Counted from the stretch's first letter, positions 40,503 through 50,833 are shown. The stretch: 64,000 bases of DNA from an uncultured Lactobacillales bacterium (GCA_964414185.1 CAYPVK010000007.1:8366-72365), one strand, 5' to 3'. The notes: generated by a model from the letters alone, not told the origin. Numbers and translations: made by a program.

Positions 40503-41285
40503 ATGAGAAAATTTTATTTCGTTTTGTATTGTTTGTTTTTTATTGCTTTGGGTTATGCTGCCACAGGTGCGGCGATTAAGGCATTTTCCCCGAAGCAACA
40601 CAAAATTTTGGTGATGATAAGTTCGTATAAACGGCCGTTGTTGTTATCTGGACAAATTATTCGGTTTGCGAACCAAACCTATCAAAATTTTGATATCAGC
40701 GTTTCAATTAAAGGTGCACCCGAAAATTGGGTCAGAAGAATGTTTATGCAAGAATGGCAACCGTTATTGGATAAAGGCCGCTTATTCGTACGTTTTGACG
40801 AAAATAAAAACCAACTCAGCAACCATATGGATACTTTGCGCGATATTGATTTGGACAAATATGATTATTTTTGCAAAGTTGATGATGACGATTGGTATGT
40901 ACCGACTTATTTGGAACATGTCAATGAATGGTTGAATAAGGGCACAAATATTGCGATGTCGGCATCAAATAATGCCATTGCATTGGAAGAAAATGAAAAG
41001 ACAGCAATTATGAGAATATTTCACGGTGAAATGTACGGTCCGACCATGTGTTTTTCAAGAGACGTTATGAAAACGGCATTAAAGGTTGAAAAAGATGCGT
41101 CGGCCTTGGAACCGTATATCAATACGGAAACAGTCAAATACCTGCGTCATCGGCGCGAAGACAATCTGCTTGACAAAATTGCCAGAAAAGCCGGGAAAAT
41201 CCAATTTCGAAACGACGGCATTCCACGTGTCATTTACGGCAGACAATACCCCGGCGTCACGCGTCAGTGGCTCGGCACATATTAA
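40503..41285 (+). CDS. Membrane-anchored GT-A fold glycosyltransferase
   Basis: N-terminal TM, SSYKRP..L, QTY.NF, KVDDDDWY. Confidence 0.7.
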   Translation: MRKFYFVLYCLFFIALGYAATGAAIKAFSPKQHKILVMISSYKRPLLLSGQIIRFANQTYQNFDISVSIKGAPENWVRRMFMQEWQPLLDKGRLFVRFDENKNQLSNHMDTLRDIDLDKYDYFCKVDDDDWYVPTYLEHVNEWLNKGTNIAMSASNNAIALEENEKTAIMRIFHGEMYGPTMCFSRDVMKTALKVEKDASALEPYINTETVKYLRHRREDNLLDKIARKAGKIQFRNDGIPRVIYGRQYPGVTRQWLGTY

Positions 41286-41359
41286 AATAGCGCCATTCCC
41301 CGATAAAAGCTTGACGAGGCTTAAAAAAAAGGCTTTAATATTAAAAAATAAGGGGCCTG

Positions 41360-43621
41360 TTGATGACACACCATGCGCAAAATAAAATCATTTCGGTCAA
41401 ACAAATCCTTAAATTCATTCGCGAATTGATGAAAAAGGAAAAGGACCGCCAAAAACAATTGGAACAAATTGTCCACGTTGTTGCCGATTCTTTGCACATG
41501 GACGTGTGTTCACTGTATGTCATGCGCCCGGGCGATTTGTTGGAACTTTACGCCACCAAGGGGTTGGATCCGAAAGCAGTTCATGAAACATTTTTGCGCG
41601 TGGGCGAAGGGCTTATCGGCGAAATTGCTTTGCAACGCAAAGGATTGGCTTTTGAAGATGCTCAAGTTCATCCAAGCTTTGTTTTTAAACCGGAAACGAA
41701 AGAAAAGCCTTTTAAATCTTTATTCGGCATTCCGATTATACGCGGGGAAAATGTTTTGGGCGTATTGACGATACAAACGACCAGCGTACAAAATTTTTCG
41801 CCCGAAATCAAAGAGACAATGGATACGATTGCTCTTGTCATAGCCGAAATATTGGCAACTTTTTATACGCAGAAAAAAGAAAAATCCATCACGCCCGAAT
41901 TGCACTTGAAAATGGACGGCGTAAAATTAGTCGAAGGCGTTGCCGTCGGAAATGCCGTTTTGCATGAACGGTTGGAACGTATCACGACAATTTTGGCAAA
42001 AGATTCGAAACAAGAAATCAAACGTTTCAATGCGGCATTGGCAGCCGTCGAAGCGGAAATTACTCAAATGGTGGACAATTCGAACGTGTCGGGCGAAGAA
42101 ACGGACATTTTCAGCGCTTATTTGTTATTCACGCAAGACAAAGGATGGGCCCAAAAAATCACGGCGGCCATTGAAATAGGTTTAACGGCGGAAGCGGCCG
42201 TACAAAAAATATGTGATGAAATGAGCGAACGGATGGAAAAAATAGCGGACGCTTACATTCGTGAAAAGATTCATGATTTGCAAGATTTATCTAACCGTTT
42301 GATTACACATTTAAAGGGAAAACGCGCCTCAAAATCGAAACAAAAATTGCCGAAAAACACGATTTTGGTCGCTTATTCAATGGGACCGGCCGAATTGTTA
42401 GATTATGAAACTGATAAAATTAAGGCTATTGTCATGGAAGAAGGTTCCAAAACAATGCACATCATCATTGTGGCACGTTCATTGAACATCCCCGTTATCG
42501 GCGGCATTAAAAACATTTTTTCGTTAATCAATACCGATGATGAATTGGCCGTCGATGCCGTTAAAGGCGAATTATATATCAACCCCATTGACGAAGTATT
42601 GGACGAATTTGCCGAAAAATTACGTGTACAAAAAAGGTTGATGGCGCACTATCAAAAAATGCGTAAATTGCCGGGCATTACATTGGACGGCGTTCAAGTT
42701 TCATTATGCGCCAATGCGGGATTGGCTTCGGATTTAATTTCATTAGATGGCATATCTTATGATGGCATCGGATTATACCGCACAGAGTTGCCGTTTATGA
42801 CCGCCGAACAATTACCCGATGTAGATGAACAAGTCAAAATTTATCATAAAGCGATTTTACATGCGGGGTCAAAACCGATTGTCTTTCGCACGCTTGACAT
42901 TGGTTCGGATAAAGTATTGCCGTATTTTCAAAACCGAGAAGAACAAAATCCCGCTATGGGATGGCGTTCAATCCGAATTGCATTGGATCGCCGCGCGTTG
43001 TTGCGCAGCCAAATACGAGCATTTATCCGAGCTTCGCAAGGCAAAGAATTACGCGTGATGTTCCCGATGATTTCGGATTTAAACGAATTCATTGATGCAA
43101 AAAAAACATTGCAAATCGAATTGGAACGCGAACGGCAAAAAGGCGGCATATTGCCTTCTTGTGTCAAAGTCGGCACAATGCTTGAAGTACCGTCCCTTAT
43201 ATTCCGATTGGAAGAATTGGTAAAAGTCGTGGATTTCATATCTATAGGCACAAACGATTTGGCACAATTTTTGTTCGCAACCGATCGGAGCAATCCGATG
43301 ATTTGGGACCGTTATGATTCCCTTTCGCCCGTTTTTTTAAAAGCATTGAAATACATTAACGATATATGCAAACGCGCCGGCGTTTCATGTTCGATTTGCG
43401 GCGAAATGGCGGGACGCCCGCTGGAAGCTTTGGCTTTGGTCGGCCTTGGGTATACTTCTTTATCAATGGCACCATCATCATTGGGCGCCGTCAAAGCCGT
43501 CGTTCGTTCAATGAATCAAGCTCAGGTCGAAGAATACCTGTTGACACAGTTAAATTCTCCGTCGCCTTCGATACGAGAAAAATTAAAATCCTATGCAATG
43601 GACCACGGCATATTTATTTAA
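41360..43621 (+). CDS. ptsP: GAF-containing PEP-protein phosphotransferase (EI-Ntr)
   Basis: GAF (VCSLY, GEGLIG), phospho-His region MHIIIVARSLNIP, GLYRTE, NPAMGWR, SIGTNDL, CGEMAG. Confidence 0.93.
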   Translation: MMTHHAQNKIISVKQILKFIRELMKKEKDRQKQLEQIVHVVADSLHMDVCSLYVMRPGDLLELYATKGLDPKAVHETFLRVGEGLIGEIALQRKGLAFEDAQVHPSFVFKPETKEKPFKSLFGIPIIRGENVLGVLTIQTTSVQNFSPEIKETMDTIALVIAEILATFYTQKKEKSITPELHLKMDGVKLVEGVAVGNAVLHERLERITTILAKDSKQEIKRFNAALAAVEAEITQMVDNSNVSGEETDIFSAYLLFTQDKGWAQKITAAIEIGLTAEAAVQKICDEMSERMEKIADAYIREKIHDLQDLSNRLITHLKGKRASKSKQKLPKNTILVAYSMGPAELLDYETDKIKAIVMEEGSKTMHIIIVARSLNIPVIGGIKNIFSLINTDDELAVDAVKGELYINPIDEVLDEFAEKLRVQKRLMAHYQKMRKLPGITLDGVQVSLCANAGLASDLISLDGISYDGIGLYRTELPFMTAEQLPDVDEQVKIYHKAILHAGSKPIVFRTLDIGSDKVLPYFQNREEQNPAMGWRSIRIALDRRALLRSQIRAFIRASQGKELRVMFPMISDLNEFIDAKKTLQIELERERQKGGILPSCVKVGTMLEVPSLIFRLEELVKVVDFISIGTNDLAQFLFATDRSNPMIWDRYDSLSPVFLKALKYINDICKRAGVSCSICGEMAGRPLEALALVGLGYTSLSMAPSSLGAVKAVVRSMNQAQVEEYLLTQLNSPSPSIREKLKSYAMDHGIFI

Positions 43622-43631
43622 AAGGACAAAA

Positions 43632-44372
43632 ATGGTTAAGACAAAGGCAATTATTTTAGGCGCCGACAGCGGTACAAAATCATTGGAAGGGACATCAAAA
43701 ATCCTTTTGCCGATTTGCGGCACGCCCTTAATAAAATTTTTGATTTCTTCGGTTCAAGAAGCCGGTATCGACGATATCAGCGTTGTTGTCAGCCCCGGCA
43801 TGGAACAAGTTGCCGATTTAATCGCCCCGCATGAATTATTTTTCCAAAAGCAACTTTTGGGAACCGGAAACGCCGTTTTAACGGCCGAAAAAAATCTGTA
43901 TCCGTTCGACGGATGCGTTGTGATATTGTTGGGGGACACGCCACTTATCCGTCCCGAAACAATTCAAAAAATGATTCAAAAATGCGAACAAGGCGCCGAT
44001 GTGGTTGTTTTGGCATTTTTACCGACGGATTTAAGACGTTACGGACGGTTGGTCATGTGTGAAGAAGGTCTTGAAAAAATCGTCGAATATTTGGATGCCA
44101 CCGATGCCGAACGTTCCATCCGTTTGTGTAATGCGGGTGCCATGTGTGTGAACGGGCGGCATGTTTTGGAACTTATAAAAAAAATCAATAACAACAATGC
44201 GGCGGGACAATATTATTTGACGGACATTGTGGGGTTGGCAAAAAAACAAGGGTTAAAAATTGACATTGTCATGGGATCCGTGGAAGAATTACACGGTATC
44301 AATTCGAAAGAAGAATTGGAAGCGGCCGAAGAACTGTTTTTAAAATGTAATAACATCAAGGGAAAACGATAG
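43632..44372 (+). CDS. GlmU-like nucleotidyltransferase domain only
   Basis: QLLGTGNAV, GDTPL, YGRLV, KIVE..DA, YYLTD, GINS; ends before the beta-helix acetyltransferase; N-motif degenerate (LGADSGTKS). Confidence 0.8.
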   Translation: MVKTKAIILGADSGTKSLEGTSKILLPICGTPLIKFLISSVQEAGIDDISVVVSPGMEQVADLIAPHELFFQKQLLGTGNAVLTAEKNLYPFDGCVVILLGDTPLIRPETIQKMIQKCEQGADVVVLAFLPTDLRRYGRLVMCEEGLEKIVEYLDATDAERSIRLCNAGAMCVNGRHVLELIKKINNNNAAGQYYLTDIVGLAKKQGLKIDIVMGSVEELHGINSKEELEAAEELFLKCNNIKGKR

Positions 44373-44391
44373 CAAAAAAAAGAGAAATATC

Positions 44392-44610
44392 ATGAAAGTT
44401 ATTTTCAAAATTTTATTGTGGGCCATACCTGTCGGAATAATTATTTATCTGAGTTATGTTTTTACGGCTCCCGAATATACGGATATGTGTTCAAATTCGT
44501 TTATCGAGTGTATGGATAAGGCACAAAAACTGCCGTGGTACGAAAAATATTATATGGGCGTGTGGTGCGTCCTTAAAAATGTCGGTTGTGTCTTAAACGC
44601 TCTGCTCTAA
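44392..44610 (+). CDS. Small membrane hypothetical protein
   Basis: 72 aa, TM helix and 4 Cys. Confidence 0.55.
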   Translation: MKVIFKILLWAIPVGIIIYLSYVFTAPEYTDMCSNSFIECMDKAQKLPWYEKYYMGVWCVLKNVGCVLNALL

Positions 44611-44657
44611 GGAAACCGCCCCCCCTAAATCCCCCCTAAATATAAAGGAGAAAAATA

Positions 44658-45638
44658 ATGAAAGCTTTACCATCAAAACGCGTTGTTTTATTATCGGATA
44701 TCGGCGGAACATATGTGCGTTTTGCCTTATTCGTCAACAATCGCATGACAAAAGTATCCAAATTTCGCGGGGACGATTTCAAATCTGCAACACATGCCAT
44801 CGATTTTTATTTAAAACAGCAAAAATTAACCGTCACGGATATGATTTTCGGCGTGGCGGGGCCCGTTTCAAACGGCAAAGTTACCTTGACAAACCGCGGT
44901 TGGAAATTCGATGAAAAAAAACTGATGAAAAAATACAATTTGGTTTCGTGTCTGTTGGTCAATGACTTTGTATTAAAAGGATACGGCATGCTCGGAATCG
45001 GGAAAAAAGATTTAGTCAAACTCGGCGGCGGAACTCAAATAAAAGACGGCCCAAAATGCATTATCGGCCCGGGAACGGGTCTTGGCATTTGCTTTTTAAC
45101 CAATACGGGCGGCGAATGGATTGCACATCCGTCCGAAGGCGGCCATACGGATATAGCCCCTTCCACCCCTATTCAAGCAAAAATTATTGCACATGTTGCG
45201 GGCGATGCTGTTAACTTATCGGCCGAAGAATTATTGTCGGGACGCGGTTTGGTCGCCATTTATAAGTCATTGGCCGATTTTGAACATCGAGAGGCACCGG
45301 AAAATATGCAAAGCGTTGAAGTTATCAACTTATTTCACAATCAAGACCCGATTGCCGTTGAAGCATTAAACCATTTCTTTGATTTTCTTGCCACATTTGC
45401 CGGCAATATGGCGATAACGATGAAAACAACCGGCGGCGTTTATATTGTCAGCAGCATTTTGCGCAACGACGGTGTTATGGAATTAATGCAATTACACCCT
45501 TTCCGCAAAAGTTTTGAAAAACGCGGTAAAATGACCGAATTGGCAAAAAGCATCCCCGTGTACGTGATAATCAAATCCCGTTCGGCGTTTAAAGGATTGC
45601 AACGTTTGGCCCAAGTGCTCATCAAAACAGATATTTAA
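44658..45638 (+). CDS. glk: Glucokinase
   Basis: DIGGT..RFA, VAGPV, LVNDF, GPGTGLG, SEGGH, LSGRGL. Confidence 0.9.
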   Translation: MKALPSKRVVLLSDIGGTYVRFALFVNNRMTKVSKFRGDDFKSATHAIDFYLKQQKLTVTDMIFGVAGPVSNGKVTLTNRGWKFDEKKLMKKYNLVSCLLVNDFVLKGYGMLGIGKKDLVKLGGGTQIKDGPKCIIGPGTGLGICFLTNTGGEWIAHPSEGGHTDIAPSTPIQAKIIAHVAGDAVNLSAEELLSGRGLVAIYKSLADFEHREAPENMQSVEVINLFHNQDPIAVEALNHFFDFLATFAGNMAITMKTTGGVYIVSSILRNDGVMELMQLHPFRKSFEKRGKMTELAKSIPVYVIIKSRSAFKGLQRLAQVLIKTDI

Positions 45639-45949
45639 CGCAATAAGGACATGTTACGACCATTTTGTCGGCAGGCATATTGAACCTGCCGGCATAAAAT
45701 TATATGTGTGAATTTTATGAATATTTCTTGCCGATATATCAATTTTTAAATATCAAGCTTTTTTTGGATAAACAAGAGTTTTTAAACATATTTTTAAAAG
45801 AAACATCACAACCATATTCATCAAATATTTTAAGCAAAAACAAAGAAGTAAAGGTATTTCTGAATAAAAAATAATATTTTTTTGCAATTTTATAAAAAAA
45901 AGCTTGCAATAAATAAATAAATCTGTTAATAATACGCTTACTTGCTTTT

Positions 45950-46026
45950 GGGGGCGTAGCTCAGTTGGTTAGAGCGTCTGCCTGTCACGCAGAAGGTCGC
46001 GGGTTCGAGTCCCGTCACTCCCGCCA
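45950..46026 (+). tRNA. tRNA-Asp(GTC)
   Basis: GGGGGCGTAGCTCAGTTGGTTAGAGCG-TCTGC-CTGTCAC-GCAGA...GGTTCGAGTCCC...CCA. Confidence 0.95.
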
Positions 46027-46254
46027 TTTATAAAAAACAATCGCCTTTACGGCGATTTTTTTATAAAAAATGATATTTCGGGACGAGAACCCGAAAGGGC
46101 TGCGGCACGTAAAACAATCCGGGGGATTGTTTTCGGGACGATAAGCAATGAGACTTCATGAGCGCGCAAGAAAACTTTCGCCGCGCGCGAATGATTAGTC
46201 GGAATTGAACGAAGCGATTTTATCGCGAGTCCCGTCACTCCCGCCATTTATAAA
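46006..46254 (+). repeat. 29-bp direct repeat of the tRNA-Asp 3' end flanking a structured spacer
   Basis: CGAGTCCCGTCACTCCCGCCATTTATAAA at 46006-46034 and 46226-46254. Confidence 0.9.
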
Positions 46255-46321
46255 GTTGAATACCCAAAAGGAAGCTGTTCAAAATGCTTTTCGTGAAATA
46301 TAGCATCAATTTCATAATGAA

Positions 46322-46648
46322 TTAATTTTTGGATAAAAATTTCTTTTTATATCGATTAAATTCGCTTTGTGAAATAACGCCTTTTTCCTTTAAATCATAG
46401 GCTTTGGACAATTCATCAATGCCGACAACCTTATCCGGATCAGTGGAAGGCGTATACAACAACGCCAAAATCAAAGCGGCAATCCACGTTAAACCGAATA
46501 AAATCCCAAGCCAACTCAACACGGCAATTGTCGTTAAATCGGACCCTGCGACACCGCGATTCTTTGCAATAATAATCGGAATTCGGACTATTAAAATAAA
46601 AACGAATAAAAATATTAAGAAAAACAATAATGCCATTGAATTTTCCAT
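46322..46648 (-). CDS. Superinfection-immunity-like membrane protein with SHOCT tail
   Basis: IP.IIA.NR...I..LSWLG....TWIAALI.A (Imm-like TM hairpin); ELSKAYDLKEKGVISQSEF...K (SHOCT). Confidence 0.6.
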   Translation of the reverse strand: MENSMALLFFLIFLFVFILIVRIPIIIAKNRGVAGSDLTTIAVLSWLGILFGLTWIAALILALLYTPSTDPDKVVGIDELSKAYDLKEKGVISQSEFNRYKKKFLSKN

Positions 46649-46764
46649 CTTTACCTCCCTGCTTTAATGCAAATAAGAGTGCCGATACTTTTTGTCAATG
46701 GTAAAAATTATCCGACATCTTTAAATTTCCAATAAAAAATAATTACTTCACCACCATACAGTAC

Positions 46765-46797
46765 AAAAAAAAGCTTGGAAAATTCCAAGCTTTTTTT
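46765..46797. terminator. Intrinsic terminator after rpsI
   Basis: A-run AAGCTTGGAA-AA-TTCCAAGCTT T-run. Confidence 0.8.
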
Positions 46798-46814
46798 CAT
46801 AAATCGTCCAAATC

Positions 46815-47390
46815 TTAACGTTTTGAGAATTGGAAACGTTTTCTGGCTTTTGAAAGACCCGGTTTTTTACGTTCAACAACACGGGAATCGCGTGTCAAGA
46901 AACCGGCTTTTTTCAAAGCGGGACGCAATTCGGGTTCAAACAAATCCAAACAACGGCTGATACCATGGCGCAAAGCATAAGCTTGACCGGATAAACCGCC
47001 GCCGACCATTGTGCATTGAACATCAAATTGGCCTTCACGATTCGTTACCACGAACGGTTGGTTGATAATCATACGCAACACGGGACGCGGGAAGTAATCT
47101 TCCAACGTGCGGCCGTTAACGGTAATTTTGCCTTTACCCATTTTAATGATAACGCGAGCAATGGCATTTTTCTTTTTACCCGTTGCTTGAGAACGACCCA
47201 AAGCGTCTTTTTTCGGTTTGCGCGGTTCATTGGCGGGAGCTGCAGCTTCCGCTTCAACGGGAGCTTCAACCGCTTTGGCAGCTTCTACTTCGGCTTTAAT
47301 ATCGGCCAACCCGGCTTTTTTCTTAACAACTTTAGTTGTTTTCGGGGCTTTTTCGGCCGTTTGTGTATTTGTCGTAGCTTCTTTAACCAT
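46815..47390 (-). CDS. rpsI: 30S ribosomal protein S9 with N-terminal extension
   Basis: [33 protein letters not shown]. Confidence 0.97.
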   Translation of the reverse strand: MVKEATTNTQTAEKAPKTTKVVKKKAGLADIKAEVEAAKAVEAPVEAEAAAPANEPRKPKKDALGRSQATGKKKNAIARVIIKMGKGKITVNGRTLEDYFPRPVLRMIINQPFVVTNREGQFDVQCTMVGGGLSGQAYALRHGISRCLDLFEPELRPALKKAGFLTRDSRVVERKKPGLSKARKRFQFSKR

Positions 47391-47860
47391 TATGCGCTCC
47401 TTTTATTTTTAGGATTTTTACCGCCAATATCCAATGTAATCGGAGATTGGGCTTGGTGAGTGTGTTCCGGACCGGCGAAAACGCGTAATTTCGTCATTTG
47501 CTTATCGCCGAGCGGTCCTTTGCCGACCATGCGTTCAACCGCTTTAATCAAAACGCGTTCCGGATGTTCTTCCATTTGTTTGCCAGCGGAAATGCCTTTA
47601 ATGCCACCGACATAACCTGTATGGCGGTAGTACATTTTTTGTTCCAATTTGCGGCCCGTCAATACGACTTTGTCAGCATTGACGACAACAACATAATCAC
47701 CGCAATCTTGAGACGGCGAATAGCATGTTTTGTTTTTACCGCGGATGATATTAGCCAATTGGCTGGCCAAACGACCCAAAACCAAACCTTCGGCGTCAAC
47801 CAAATACCATTTGATGTCGCTGTTGGCCGGATTAATCGTTTTTGTAGTCTTCATTACCAT
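47390..47860 (-). CDS. rplM: 50S ribosomal protein L13
   Basis: WYLVDA...[24 protein letters not shown]. Confidence 0.97.
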   Translation of the reverse strand: MVMKTTKTINPANSDIKWYLVDAEGLVLGRLASQLANIIRGKNKTCYSPSQDCGDYVVVVNADKVVLTGRKLEQKMYYRHTGYVGGIKGISAGKQMEEHPERVLIKAVERMVGKGPLGDKQMTKLRVFAGPEHTHQAQSPITLDIGGKNPKNKRSA

Positions 47861-48545
47861 ATTATAATCCTTCTGTTAATAAATGAACTGTCTTTTAAGC
47901 CGATTTTAAATGAATTGCACATACATCAAAAACCGCCCGTGAAACCAGTGCCGTTTTTATACACATCTTTTTTACAAAAGTCAACACATTTTTATATGAT
48001 TTTATTGATTTTTTTAAAGTGGTATTATAATACCGCATCTACAAAACTAAGTTTCCTTTTAAAAAAGGTTAAAATTTTTATTCACGTAAATACGCACCGT
48101 TCAAATTATCGTTTTGTTGTTAATTTACCTGAGTATAAATATTTGAACTTTCAGGTATTCGGATTTCCTCATCGGATTCCGTCATAAAAACCGACCCGAC
48201 CAAGATAATTGTCACCCCTATCGTTTTTAAGACAAGCCTTTTCGTAAAAATTAAACGCTATATAAATGCTGTTTATCCCGAATACGAAACAAACCTATAC
48301 AATAAATATGCAATCGCTTAAAACGCATTTGTCTTAATACAATCGGGAAATTTATATGGGAAAACGTCTGTAGTTGCGAATAACGACCGATTATTCAAAA
48401 CAGCTTCAAGACAGATAATCTATTTATTCTTTTATTATTTGAAATGCGATTCGCATAGCGCACGGAAACTGTAAAACTATGCGAAATCACCTTCTTCCTT
48501 ATACAATCAAAGGGAAAATTATTAAAACAATCATACGTCGGATGT

Positions 48546-49211
48546 TTATTTGTCCGTATTAAACAACCGGTCGCCGGCATCGCCGAGCCCCGGCATAATA
48601 TAAGCATATTCGTTTAATTTTTCATCCACGGCAGTCGTGACGATTTTAATGCCCGGATAAGTGCCTGACAATTTTTGAATGCCTTCGGGCGCGCTCAATA
48701 CACTGACAAATATGATATTTGTTTCTTTGATACCTTTTTTGAGCATTAATTCAACCGCTGCCGCCGCCGACCCGCCCGTTGCCAACATCGGATCCAATAT
48801 AAATACGTTGATTTTATCGGGATTTTCAAACCGTTCCGGAGACTTATCATAATACCAAACGGGTCTAAACGTTTTTTCATCACGATACATGCCGATATGG
48901 CACACCTTTGCATCCGGAAATAACTTTGACGCCGTTTCGCTTAATCCGAGCCCCGCCCTTAAAATCGGCACAAATAAAACCGTATAATCCGAATCTACCA
49001 TCGGCGCGGAAGTTTTCATTAACGGCGTTTCAACCTGTGTATTTTTAAGCGGCAAATTCTTCATCGCTTCAATCAATAATAAAATTGCCAACCTGTCAAA
49101 AGCACATTTAAAAACGTCTCCACGAGCATTTTTATCGCGAATAAGGCTTAAATTGTGTTGAGCCAAAGGATGTTCAACAATTATAACAGACGGGAAATGT
49201 GAATGCGGCAT
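48546..49211 (-). CDS. upp: Uracil phosphoribosyltransferase
   Basis: VPILRAGLG, DPMLATGGS, YIMPGLGDAGDR; start at ATG 49211 after AGGAG. Confidence 0.96.
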   Translation of the reverse strand: MPHSHFPSVIIVEHPLAQHNLSLIRDKNARGDVFKCAFDRLAILLLIEAMKNLPLKNTQVETPLMKTSAPMVDSDYTVLFVPILRAGLGLSETASKLFPDAKVCHIGMYRDEKTFRPVWYYDKSPERFENPDKINVFILDPMLATGGSAAAAVELMLKKGIKETNIIFVSVLSAPEGIQKLSGTYPGIKIVTTAVDEKLNEYAYIMPGLGDAGDRLFNTDK

Positions 49212-49366
49212 TTTAAAACTCCTTAAAATAACATGTCCGAAATTTAGCATAAAACTTTATTTCAGACAACCTAAAAAAACTCATTATTTAAAATTGCGAA
49301 CCGTTATCAAACAGGATAAAAAATCATAAAAACCGATCAGTCGTCAAAGAACCGCAATGAATTTCC

Positions 49367-49395
49367 TTGACTTATAAAAGATACCACGATATAAT
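49367..49395 (+). promoter_or_regulatory. Sigma70 promoter of rnpB
   Basis: TTGACT-17 bp-TATAAT ending 6 bp before the RNA. Confidence 0.8.
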
Positions 49396-49400
49396 AATTG

Positions 49401-49786
49401 TCTCAGAGAATCGGATAATCGCTGATATATTGTATTGGTATATCGGAGGAAAGTCCGGGCTTCACGGGAACACGGTACTGGATAACGTCCAGGCGGGGTA
49501 ACCTGACGGACAGCGTCACAGAAAACAAACCGCCTGACCACATGCGCGTGCGTTCAGGTAAGGATGAAACGGGGAGGTAAGAGCTCACCGCATTTGCAGT
49601 GATGCAAATGGCATGACAAGCCCTATCGGAAGCAAGACCAAGTTAAGGCAAACCACAGCTTTAAAGTTGTGTACAACGGGAGTTCCTGCCCGGTTGCCGA
49701 CAGGTAGGTTGCTAGAGGGCATTAGCAATAATGCTCCCAGACGAATGATTATCGATTACAAAACCCGGCTTATAGATTCTCTGAGA
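49401..49786 (+). ncRNA. rnpB: RNase P RNA (type A)
   Basis: GAGGAAAGTCCGGGC, ACAGAAAACAAACCGCC, GGTAAGAGC, ACAAAACCCGGCTTA; P1 TCTCAGAGAATC/GATTCTCTGAGA. Confidence 0.96.
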
Positions 49787-49924
49787 TTTTCCCCTATAAT
49801 TTTAAAACCGCTTAAAAAATTAACTTTTTATGAATTTTAAAGGCCCTATTTTTGACTGTATCGTTTCTTTTTTTAGCTTGATACGACAAAAATAAAAAAA
49901 ATTAATTTTTTCTTTCGGTTCCCC

Positions 49925-49953
49925 TTGACTTTTATGCTCCTTTCCCGTATTCT
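49925..49953 (+). promoter_or_regulatory. Sigma70 promoter upstream of the structured RNA
   Basis: TTGACT-17 bp-TATTCT. Confidence 0.7.
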
Positions 49954-49959
49954 GTAATT

Positions 49960-50156
49960 ACGTGGACATTGCTACACGTCGGGGTTCATAGCCCGTTATG
50001 CGAACAGGACTGAGATATAGCAGTCCCTAAAAATCACTGTATCCGTCCTATGGGCGGATGGTGCTAAATATGATGTATTGCATCTAATAAGCACACTGAT
50101 AAGTTCGCTTTCGGCTATGAACATCCGCCCACCTTTTTTTAGGTGGGTTTTGTTTT
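49960..50156 (+). ncRNA. Structured RNA resembling C4/CI phage antisense RNA with upstream target sites and terminator
   Basis: Complementary pairs GTTCATAGCC/GGCTATGAAC, GCGAAC/GTTCGC, TGGGCGGATG/CATCCGCCCA; terminator CCCACC...GGTGGG+T. Confidence 0.55.
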
Positions 50157-50756
50157 GCCACAAACGAAAGGGGCTCAATGACAAAATCCGATTGATTAAA
50201 GGTAACCACGCGTCTGATACTAAAGCAGACAAAATAAATGATGAAGAGCTTTTCAATATCCCGAATTTTTCATATACTCAATTTGCACACAGTGAAAATG
50301 CGGATGAAGCATTTAACCCCGCTTTGGACCGTCAGATATATCCCGGTAATTTGCCGAAAGATAATGTTGAGGCGACACTGACTTTAATGAAGCAATCTTT
50401 AAAAATGTCAAATGATAAGAAAAATAAACATTTTTTAGCGTTTTTGATAAAATTCCCGAATTACCTGTTAATTCGGCGCACAAATCAAAATGATTGTTTT
50501 GGTTTACATCTTATTGTAAATAAAAAGTTATTATTTTTTCCATCTGCCATCAAACTTATCTTGGTTATTCGCTCTGCGGTTTGTATCAAAATTTGCCTAA
50601 AACATATAATCGTCGCAAAAAAATGATTTTCAACGGCAGTTAACACGATTCGGACACCCTTTTCCGATCAATCTTTATAATTATATTGGCTTTACTGTTT
50701 TCCTCCCAAAATTTCACTTGCATTTTAACCGTATGTGTTGTATAAAGCACTTCATT

Positions 50757-50833
50757 CGGGGCGTAGCTCAGCCTGGTAGAGTACTTGGTTTGGGACCAAG
50801 GTGTCGCATGTTCGAATCATGTCGCCCCGACCA
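50757..50833 (+). tRNA. tRNA-Pro(TGG)
   Basis: CGGGGCGTAGCTCAGCCTGGTAGAGTA-CTTGG-TTTGGGA-CCAAG...GTTCGAATC...CGCCCCGACCA. Confidence 0.96.

Noticed and set aside
47870-48540. oriC or hidden gene in the long AT-rich rplM-upp gap
   Set aside because: No TTATCCACA cluster seen; only short broken frames that may be a decayed gene but cannot be assigned
49960-50156. Retron msr-msd, TPP or SAM-I riboswitch
   Set aside because: No reverse transcriptase nearby; CTGAGA and GGTGCTAA occur without the rest of the aptamer consensus
50078-50626. 182-aa ORF as an intact gene
   Set aside because: It starts inside the structured RNA and terminator, has no RBS, and its tail looks non-coding; only the middle may be a frameshifted remnant
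50757-50833. tRNA-Pro as the prophage attB
   Set aside because: The element encodes a serine rather than tyrosine integrase, the tRNA keeps its own terminator, and no 3' duplication is visible in the window; unproven
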